Shown: positions 42,912 through 52,738 of the stretch, one piece after another | Layout of the letters: every line of letters starts with the position of its first letter | Position numbering within the stretch: the first letter of the stretch is position 1 | DNA from: Lobosporangium transversale | Taxonomy: Eukaryota | Direction of reading: 5' to 3' | Assembly (NCBI RefSeq): GCF_002105155.1 | Contig: NW_019028995.1 | Location: 1-64,000, forward strand | Length of the DNA: 64,000 bases | Translations under genes and position numbers: made by a program | The notes under the pieces: model-generated | What the model was told of the DNA's origin: nothing | Databases searched by the model: none | What the model saw: the letters and a program-made list of their open reading frames with translations, nothing else

Positions 42912-43348
42912 TTTTATTTTTTATTTTTTATTTTTATTTTTTTATTTCTTGTTGATTGTCATGGCGAAGGCTTGATTTGGTAAATGTAGATGATCGGAGA
43001 AGAGCTGTAAACAATACTCGAAATCCAAAAAGTTAAAACTTTGTCGCTGAGAATCTTGTTTTTTAGTTTAAATGCGAGTTGTTCCAAATTCATCAGCCTT
43101 TTGTTTCGTTCTCTTTCATACACCTATAAATACGTCCTGCCTCCTTCTCTTTTCCCTCTCTCTCTCTCTCATTTTACAACGACATTGCTTTCGTGCTCTC
43201 ACCCGTACTCTTACACCCTCATCCCCTCACAGATCATAACTTTTTGCTTTCTTAAAGGTAAACTATCTCTACTCTAACAACTTCAGCTTCAATCTTTAGC
43301 CGCTTAAACCAACATTGCTTGCACTGTTTTACACTATACTTTCTCTAG

Positions 43349-44408
43349 ATGGGTATTAAAGGACTCTATTCATACCTTTCAAGGAGAGACCTGCCACCAA
43401 AGGAGATTGATGTACATGAGCTTGCTGCTGAACCCCATTCATCTTTTGAGCTGGATCTGCTTGGCACTTTCCACAGCGATATACATAATATCATCCTAAG
43501 GAGATTCAGCCGGCAGAGTTCTTTCACTGCCTGCGGCCATGCTATGGCTAGTATCATTCGAAAGATCTTTGGTCCTCTTGCCACAGTGACGATACACATT
43601 GATGGGCCTCGCTGCGAAGAAAAAACGCGCGCCTATAGGGACCGAGATGCTAAGCGTACAGCAGCGGATGCAAAACTCGATACGCTCATAGCCAACATGG
43701 AAACCAAGTCCAATGAAGGCAAATGGGAATCTCGAAGCCATATGATTGCCATTAAAAAGAATCTTCGACAGCTCTTCACATTCAGTCATAACGAGAAGAG
43801 GGAGCTCGCGGCGCCATTCGGTCGATACAATAACTTTGTGATTTGCCATTGTAGAAATGAGGCTGATGTGTGTATTGCCGCCAAATGTACACCAACCAGT
43901 ATCGCTGTGTCTGGGGACTCTGACCTTCTCATCTATCCTTCTATAAAAAGAGTTCTTCGTCCAATCCCTCGTCGCCATCACATGTTTGCACTCTATGAGA
44001 AACAAGAGGTCCTGCAAGCCCTTGGGTTTTCAAGGAACAGTCAACTCTTGGTCTATGGCATTATATCCGATTACGATTACACCCCAAATATCCCAACCTT
44101 TGGTCTTGCTACAAATGCTGAGATTATCTCTGCGCTCACTGACACTGATGCCGAAAAGTTGACGGTATCATATGTTCGTGAGGTCCATGCCCGTAGCCGT
44201 CGAACTCCTGCAGAAGGCCAGTTTGACCATTCAATTAATGTTTTCTTTGGTGGGATCCAAACCCAGACCTCGCAGCAAGCAACCGCTGAAAGATTCCTTC
44301 ATTACCATGATAGAATGAGGACTGCGATATCTGCTAGGTACCAGAATAAAAATAATCAACCTCAACCCAGGTAAGCTCCTTCAAATGAACATTTTCCAAA
44401 GCATATAC

Positions 44409-44439
<31 letters not shown>

Positions 44440-47267
44440 ATCTAACCCTTGACATTGTTGTTCCTAATTAGATTCTATATCCCTAAACGCGCAAAGCCGG
44501 ATCGCTATCGGCCTGTTTTCCCTACCCAGAAAAAGGAACTTTCCCCTAAGAAAAATGACCTGACCAACTGCAAACAACACGACCGTCCCGTCAGCTCCAG
44601 CCGTCAAAGAAAGTCCCCCAAAAAAAAGGAAAAGGAAAAAAAGAGGATGAGAAAGAAGAGGAGGTTAAGGAGGAAAAGAAGAAAAAAAAGAAGAACAAAG
44701 GGAAGGCCAAGTATATCAGAAAGACTGATGAAACCAGGAAAGTGAAGGAGGCTACTGCCGAGGACCGACGGTTGAAGAGGGCCCACCCCACTGTTGCATT
44801 AACTCTGGGCACGTTAAAGACATGTGTAGTTGCCAAGCTGGACTCTACTTCCGATCCCAATCTCAATCCCGAGCAACTTGCTGCAACAATTCAGGGGCTC
44901 ATTCAATCATTTATTAAAATGTTGAATGAGGTGCGGATTCGAGCTTTCTGGGCCTGCGCCTTGTGGATCGATAACCTGCTTACCACTGGGCCATCCAATC
45001 CAGCTGATCTCCCACAACTCCTAGATGAAGTTCTTGATAGCAGGGACTTTATTTACGGCCTTGCTGCGTTGTTGTATCACGGAGTGATGAGTCCATTATC
45101 TAGGTATAGCAGGGAAGTGAAGAAAAAAGGCGAAGGGAACGTAGCCAAGCCGTCCCAGCTCAAAGCATACGAATACTTCTATGCAAAGACAGGGCTTGGT
45201 CCTTTAAACCAGATCCTGTTCAAGCAGCGCTAAGGTCTCACTATCGGAATGCGCAGGTAAATATAATATTATAATATTTTGAGGTTATCTTATAATATGT
45301 TTATAGAAATGTTCCTAATCATTTCTTCAATATAATGTCTAGTTTGACATAGATATTCCAGGCGATGGAAGAAGTTCCATCCAATTCTTTTTTGAGCAAA
45401 ATGCAACTGCCAAAAAATATCTGGATTTCCCTACGTCTGCTTTCTCGCCTCGGTCTCTCTGCCTAACGGAAGCCAGTCTCCTGGATATATTATGGTCTAA
45501 CCCAACAGTTCGAGAGGAAATAGTCCAATTGTTGGAACTAAATATGAGTACCAAGGGGGCTGCAGAGGACAAGATCCTTAACCACAAGGGGATATTGTTG
45601 CAGGAGCTGTTTTCCTTGAAAGGATACAAGGACGTTGGACTGCAATCTGATGATGGCCCTAGAAGGAAACTACGGACATCGTTCTTTACAAACGGCCTTA
45701 CCCTAACACTTCTTGCCTATGACACATCGAAGCAAAAAAGAGGTAGAGGTTCGCAAGCTGCCCAACCTTCGGATACTCAAAGATCTCAAGCAGTCCAGGC
45801 TTCTTCAAGTGCTCAGCAGGGATCCTCGTCTTCAGGCCATGGTGCAGGCGATGGTGGTGATGATGGAGACGACGACGGAAATGAAGATGACGATATCTTG
45901 CTGGGTATCAGCGATATTGACTTGCTGGAAGTTGATGAACCATTCTTAGATGGCGACGAGGGAGAAGAAGCAGCTGAAGAAGGTACATCGAGCACAAATC
46001 CACTGTCCCCGGTGAGTCCCAGTCCCCGGCGTGAGATCAACTGGAAGCAGAGATCCCGTCTCCTCGAGAATGTAGAAGTTAAATATGACACCCAGGCAGC
46101 ATGCCCTCCCCCCGAAAGCACCATTATCATTGGGATCGATCCAGGCGAGAGGTACTCGATGACAATTGCAAAGTTGGATCCAAGGAAACCTAACGAACGT
46201 GAGATCCTCCGGAATTCTAGAGCGTGCCTTTACAAACCATCCAAGAAGTTTCAGGGCGAGCTAGAGAGGCGAAAGCTTAGAAGAGGAATTACAGAGATTG
46301 AAAGCAATATTCCGTCATTCTCAAGGCCTACTTTAACACAGTATTTCGCTTATATGAGCTTGCCGCCAAATCAAGCTCCATCAAGTACTGGAGGTAGTTT
46401 CTCTGGTAGTGGGGTTGGGGCCAGTAGTAGCAGTGGAGCAGGGACTGGTAGTAACAGTGGAGTTGAGGCCAGTAGTAGCAGTGGATCTGGGACCAGTGAC
46501 GACAATAGGGAGACTATATATAGGGCGCTTGTCGATTTCTATAATGACGGGTGGTTTGTTCGGAATAGCTGGGATAATAGAAAAGCACAGAACGGATGCG
46601 TTGATTATGTGATCAAGGCAATTCTGAAGCTTGCGGGCGGAAGCAATGGAAGAAGAAGAGATGCCAATACGAATACGATGATCTGTATTGGACTAGGATC
46701 ATTCAAGACAAACCGAGGACAAGTATCGAAGCATGGGATATTGATGAAGAAGCTTGTTGAAAAGGTAAAAAAAAATCCTTTGATCAATGACATTTAATTT
46801 TTGAGTCTTTTTTTTAACGAGTATTAAATCTGGCTCGAACAGGCAAAATCTCTAGGCTACCCCATTGCAGGTTGTCATGAATACTACACATCTGCCAAGT
46901 GTCCACGGCCTCACTGCGACAGTATATTGGAGAATGTTCCTTTTCGATCCAAGTACTGTCGAAATTGTAAAGCATACTTTGATCGAGATGCTGTTGGTGC
47001 TGAGAACATCGCAAGGGTCTGTGAGTCGCAGATAAGAGAGCAAAAACGACCTGCAAATATATGCCGCCGGACGGAGGAACTCAAGGCCAAGCTTCTAGCG
47101 GTAGTGGCGGCGGTGGAGGTAGCGGTGGCAGTGGTGGTGGTAGTAGCAGAACCACAAAAAGGAAATTTTCAGATGAAGGAGGGGGAGGAGTAGAGGGATC
47201 AAGACCACCGAAAGGACCTTTGCTGGGTCCAGAAGGGAGGGGAGAGACAAGCCGGCAACAGCAGTAG
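43349..47267 (+). CDS. PIN(XPG/FEN1-like)-Fanzor fusion, copy A; 4 coding exons, ~1,220 codons, three apparent frameshifts (possibly pseudogene)
   Basis: Exons 43349-44370, 44472-45256, 45343-46764, 46843-47267. PIN motifs MGIKGL, ELDLLG, IHIDG, EAD, SGDSD, DY-TPNIPTFG. RuvC-I IIGIDPG; ICIGLG; HEYYTSAKCPRPHC; CRNC; RuvC-III FDRDAVGAENIA. Frameshifts at ~44620-44642, ~45213 and ~47057. Confidence 0.88.
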
Positions 47268-47450
47268 GACACAATCTACTACAAACATGACTAGGTCCAG
47301 AAAGGCCTCCGTCTTAAAAAAATTGTAAGTATTGGCTTGATAATACTTTTTTTTCTTGGTTAATTTATTTATTTATTTATTTCTGTGTTCTAATACATTT
47401 CTTCTTTTTACAATAGATGGAATGTCTCGTTTTTAATGATGGACTATCCT
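47268..47450 (+). ncRNA. Candidate omega-RNA/3' region of copy A (hairpin + 3'-UTR intron 47325-47416)
   Basis: Lies immediately 3' of a Fanzor ORF and is shared with the relic (41996-41860, minus). AGGTC-CAGAAA-GGCCT hairpin at 47293-47308; GTAAGT...CTAAT...TAG intron. RNA function is inferred, not shown. Confidence 0.35.
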
Positions 47451-47709
47451 TTAAACCGTCAACCTGGCAAATTTGCCATTATAAATGGGCTTAAAATCCA
47501 GCAATTCATGGGCATTGCCTTGAAATTTTATTTTGATGTCGAAATAAATGACCGAAAACTAAACTGTCATGGAGCTATCCTGGCCTCTTTATCTGTGCCA
47601 ATAAAAAATTCTTGAAGGCTTTCGCATGACACTAGCATCCTCTTGGGGGGCCCATTGTGTTGTTTATTTATTGACTGGTGTAATAGAAGTGATAATATTC
47701 GCCATAGTA

Positions 47710-47895
47710 TAGCCCGTTTCATTTGGTCATGATACCTTATATTTTTTGAATACTTTCGAGTGTATTGGCAGCCAATTGGCTCGCTTGTTGCGAGTATTGT
47801 TGCAAGTCCGTCACGTAGTGAAATGCCACCAGAACAATTCAATCATCGTTTTTAGATTAAAAATATAAGGTATCATGACCAAATGAAATTGGCGA
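47710..47895. mobile_element. 186-bp MITE-like element with 37-bp terminal inverted repeats flanked by TA (Tc1/mariner-like)
   Basis: 47717-47746 TTTCATTTGGTCATGATACCTTATATTTTT is the exact reverse complement of 47859-47888. The outer 7 bp match 4/7. TA at 47708-47709 and 47896-47897. Confidence 0.75.
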
Positions 47896-48994
47896 TATCG
47901 ACTTGAAAGCAAGCGTTTTCCATTGGTGCCTCCAGAAGAAATAAACAAACTTTATTTTGGCGGCCACTCCACAATCATGCCATGGTTATAACAATCCCTA
48001 GGAAAGGATGAAACGTGTCGGTATTAATCTCGCTTCTGTAATTCTAAATGCATATATTTTGGCGATTGGTATCAACTATCAAGTTCGCACATACACACGC
48101 CAAACGACCGCCAAAAACCACCACTCTCGCTTCTGCTCTCCCTCCATCCACAAGGCGCTGCGCAATATCACCATTAACAAGGCACCGTCCAGTAAGAAAG
48201 GGTGCTTAGCTAGCTTTTACTCCAAGCAATAAGCACATCACCTATCTCCGCCATTGATGCTGGAACCTGAGAGCCAACGAATATCTCTGCTTTAACGCAA
48301 TAGTACTGGGTTGTTGGAGCAAAGAGCATCATATGAAGCCATTCTCTAATAAAAAAGACTTTTTTTTTCTTTAGTTGTTACCTTTGACAAGGATATAATA
48401 TCTGTCAGTGCATTTATTACCCCTGTTCAAAATTATAAATCTTCTTTTATTCATTAAATTCCTCACAAAGCACAAAACAAGAGCCAGTGCAAACAAAAGA
48501 AACTGAAAAAAAAAAAATTGTGTAACAAAGGATCGACATCGATACTGTACATATTTTTTCGAATGCTTACTTTGGTATCTCAATACTATTGTTACCAATC
48601 TGTCGTTCAAGCGAGAGCTTGTATTTATTTCTCAATCTCTGCTATTGACTGGGACAAAACCCCAATCCAAACAAAGGAACTGAATAAAGATTGATGTGGC
48701 CTGTGAAGCAAAGGATCGATATCAAAACTATATGAGACAATGATAAAACTCATCATCAATCCAGGATATAAAAAGGGATCATTGTCTTCCTCCTTCAAAG
48801 TCCCATCCCTTTTACCACTGCCACTTGTTCCTGTATCTTTCCCTCAATATTCTTTATCTATTCGCTTTGAATCTTTACACCATAAAAAAGCTCATCCTTT
48901 TATACTTTTGTCGCTCTTTTTTTTTTCTTTTTCATTTCTTTTCATCACCACCATTTTTCCTTTTTTTCTTTCTCTTTTCGCTTAGATATTGACC

Positions 48995-51900
48995 ATGGGG
49001 CTGAAGTCCTTCTTCAAACTGGTTGCGGGTCGCGGGGTTTTACCTTCGGAAACTGGCGTGGGCACTTTCTTGGCGGCAAATCCTGACCATTCTGTTCATC
49101 TAGATCTCCTAGGTACGTTCTATTACGACATCCTCCGCAGAGTCGTCCATGCAAAGATGAAAAACGAAACCATCATTGATGTAGGAAGGTCCCTGGCACT
49201 CGAGATAAAGGATCTTTTCACAACGGACAACCTGACTATACATATTGATGGGGAACCTTGTACTGAGAAAGAAAAGGCAAGGACAGAACGGCAAGCCATA
49301 AGACAAAAAAATATGAACGCTTTGGAGAACAATATGAGCACCTTCGAGAGAAATTCTCGGAGTGAGGTATGGACTCGTCCTCAAGTCATGAGGCGCATCC
49401 AGAAGGGTCTTCGAGAAGTCCACACCCTGAGCGTCCAGGACAAGGATCAGCTGGCAACAGGCCTTAGTTCTGTCTTCGATGTCTGTCTGTGTGCATATGA
49501 AGCGGACCTATGCATAGGATGCCATGATGAGGAGAATGATAGGATCGTGATATCCCAAGACTCTGATTTTTTTGCGTACGAACGAGTCTGCTTCCTAGTG
49601 CCACCCCTTCCGCACCGTAGACAGCGTTATCCAAGCACTAAGACTGCCAACACACGCGCATCTGGTGTTATTCTGTGCCATCGCAGGCAATGACTACTCA
49701 AGGAACCTCGAGACGTTAGGCCTGATTACTAATCTTCGATTAATTCGAAAGGTTGCGTGGAACGAGAAGTATAATAAAATGCTTCGGGGCTACCTAAGGG
49801 AAGCTAGTAAGGTGTTGGGAAGGAACGTAGCCTCTGAGGAAGGCCGTTTCAGTGTAGCTCTCCGCATTTTTACTTCCGGCCATCAAACGTCGGCCCAAGT
49901 GTTACCATCGAACAATGAGTTCGATAACTTCAAGCAGCGTCTACTCAATAGAAAGGATCTTCGCCATAGAATGGCTCAGCAAAGGCGAGCGCAGCGCCGC
50001 AGAACGTAAGAAAGCTCAAGCTATAGTTTTTGGCCTTGAAACCAGACGTCCCCAATACTAATCGTTAGTCCCTTTCTTGAATAATGTAGAGGCGTACCAT
50101 CATTCTATATAGCGGAAGGGTCACATAGGAACCAGTTCCGGCCCATCTTTTCTGACAAGCCGAGTATATTGAATGGGCGCACAGTTGATATCAGTAACTG
50201 CCGTCAGCACGATAGGCCGGGCCTTAGGCATCCACGTCGGAGAAAGGCAAAAAAGAAGCAACAGAAAAAACAAAAGCGGAAGCACAAAGGCAAGAAGCCC
50301 CACAGGGCTAAAAAAGAAGGTGCACCAATTAAGAACTTGAAGGATGCTACGAAGGTTGATCACAGCTACAGCAGTAAGCACCCTATCAAGGCCTTAACAA
50401 TTGGGTCCCTTAAGGCCTCCATGGCAAGGAAAGGCGGACTGGACGCAGATGAAAGGGATAGTATTGCAAGCCAGATCCGAGGGGCAGTTGTTGTCCTCAA
50501 CCGACTACGCCGCTATGCATACTGGGCGATTGCCTTGGACATTGAGAGGATCATGCGGTTACCAGGGGCAGCAAAGTCGAGGAAAAAGGCACTGGACGAG
50601 GTCTTGGATAGCAATGATTATTCCTTCCGTCTCACCACCCTTCTTTTGAGTGGTCAAGGTGGCCCCAATTCAGCTTACGCGAGGGCAAAAAAACAAGGAA
50701 AGGCGGTAGAAACGCCCCATTATCTCCTCGCTTATGAACATTTCAAGGCCACCACTGAACTTTCTCCAATAAAGGAAATAGACATCACATTGGGGGACGT
50801 CCAAGGCTTTGATCCCAAAAAGATCGCATTTCCAAGAGCGTCAGACTTACTAATGGGCCAAGTACAGACATCATTAAGGCAGCACTACAGGAACGCAATG
50901 GTATAGCTTGTGTAGGGGTATTTTCATGCATATTCTGCAATCAAATGCTCTTTATTCACACCTTTTATTTTTTTTTTTATTTTTTTTTTCTAGTTTGATG
51001 TCGAGAAAACAAACGAAGATATGAGCGACATTGAGTTTTTTTTTGCGAGAGAACAAAAAAGTGAAAAAATACTCAGACTTTCCTACGTCCCCTTGGTCAC
51101 CCGGGTATGTGTATCTGTCTGAACACGCCCTAGTTGACATCCTCTGGGCGAACGAAGATACCAAGCAGCTGCTGGAGCGTATTCTGCCTCTCAATAACCC
51201 TTCCAAGACTGCAATGTATGAGTGTGTACAGGGAACAAAAGGGGTTTTGATACAGGCTCTCTTTTGTGACATTGGAGGTGATCGCATGGTTCGTGGATAT
51301 CAAGACAAAGTATCCCTGCAGTCACAGGACAAAGATCTAACTCGGTTCAAACTCAAAGGAACGATTTCTACCAACGGTCTAGTTCTGAATCTACTTGCCT
51401 ATGACACAACCCAGACGAAGAGACAGCAGCAGTCTGACGTAGATGAAGAAGACCCCAGCCAAGAACTGGAGTTTTCTCAGGGATTTCTCAACACGACGTG
51501 TTCAAAGGCAGCCGGTGAAGACCTGACAGATGAAGACTATGCAAACATAAACTGGAAGAGGAGCTCCAAGCTGCTTGAAAACGTTGAGCTCACATTCAAC
51601 AAACCAGGGCGATGCCCATCCGCAAACACCACAACTATCGTCGGATGTGATCCTGGTATTGTTAACGCCCTTACGTTTTCCTCGCTGGACCCTCACAACC
51701 CTAACTTGCAGCAAACGGTAAAGGTGAGAAGCAGGTTCTTGTACCTCCCCGTCCTCCGCTTCAATCACCTGTTGAACAAAAGGAAGCGTGAAAAAGGAAT
51801 GATTGAGGTTGAGAGCGCCATCCCTGTGTTTGGAAGGGACACGTATAATGAGTACTTTCAATGGATGAACGGGGAGTCTCAGACACAGACAGGATCAACG

Positions 51901-52475
51901 AATTTGGATGTGCTTCAAGAGTTCTACGAATCCAGATGGCATCTGAAAAAAAAATGGGACCTACGAAAGGCTCAACGAGCTACGTTCGACTACGCAGTAC
52001 AGCGAGTGTTGAAGATGCTTGGGGATAAAGGAGTGCTTGTCGTCGGCCTAGGGTCCTTTGAAAGTAGTAAAGGAGTTCCCAGCAAGCACACTGCTATAAC
52101 GAGACACCTTGTCACACAGGTATGGCTTTTTTTTAAAAAAAAGCAAGAAAAGCTGGAAAGCCATAGAACCCTTGCTAATAAATGACTGCCATTTGAAACA
52201 CTTAGGTCAAAGCGCGAGGACACTTCGCTGTAGGAGCGCACGAATTTTACACCAGCGCCCGCTGTCCCCGAACCCTCTGTGATAGCTTTTTAGAGACGGT
52301 GTACCCTCGCTCTAAATATTGCCGGGCATGTAAGGTATTCTTCGACCGTGACGCAGTAGGGGCGGAAAACATCGCAAGAATCGGTCTTACTCAAATTGAG
52401 AGACAAGAGAGACCTGCAAAGTACAAGCCCACGGAAGAGTCGCCTGCTCCGGCTGCAAAGCGCGCACGACGCTAG
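48995..52475 (+). CDS. PIN(XPG/FEN1-like)-Fanzor fusion, copy B; 4 coding exons, ~1,070 codons, two apparent frameshifts (possibly pseudogene)
   Basis: Exons 48995-50005, 50090-50900, 50994-52119, 52206-52475. PIN motifs MGLKSF, HLDLLG, IHIDG, EAD, SQDSD, GNDY-SRNLETLG. RuvC-I IVGCDPG; LVVGLG; HEFYTSARCPRTLC; CRAC; FDRDAVGAENIA; ends PAAKRARR*. Frameshifts at ~49630 and in the T9 run 51036-51044. Confidence 0.88.
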
Positions 52476-52630
52476 ACACAAGTATTTGGGTGCCGGCACA
52501 CCCACAAAAAATTTGTAAGTTCTGTTTATTTTCGTCTCCTGTATCCATCCTCTCTAATCTTTTGCCCCCGAATTTCTGGACTAACTTTAAAAACCGTACA
52601 GATCAACAGATATTTCCATGAATAAAAAAA
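52476..52630 (+). ncRNA. Candidate omega-RNA/3' region of copy B (hairpin + 3'-UTR intron 52515-52601)
   Basis: TGGGTG-CCGGCA-CACCCA hairpin 52487-52504, then AAAAAATTT|GTAAGT...GACTAAC...CAG|AT, and AATAAA at 52621. Same layout as copy A. RNA function is inferred. Confidence 0.35.
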
Positions 52631-52738
52631 ATTATTCTAAGCCACTCCGGACCTCCTTTCCAATTTTTTTTTTTTTTTTAATGGTGACCTTTCAATCTGT
52701 CAGCCTATGCGAACTGCCATTTCTCTCATCTCGAAAAG

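Noticed and set aside
43349..44374. Calling the PIN ORFs host FEN1/EXO1/XPG genes
   Set aside because: They are highly diverged, duplicated, and spliced in frame to a Fanzor-type C-terminus.
47920..48360. Moderately GC-richer patch between the MITE and copy B, possible gene or transposase relic
   Set aside because: No sustained reading frame or recognisable motif in the frames I checked by eye.
45529..52185. Bacterial IS200/IS605/IS607 contamination or endosymbiont DNA
   Set aside because: Spliceosomal introns, TATA boxes, NLS-like motifs and contiguous fungal flanking genes; no TnpA.
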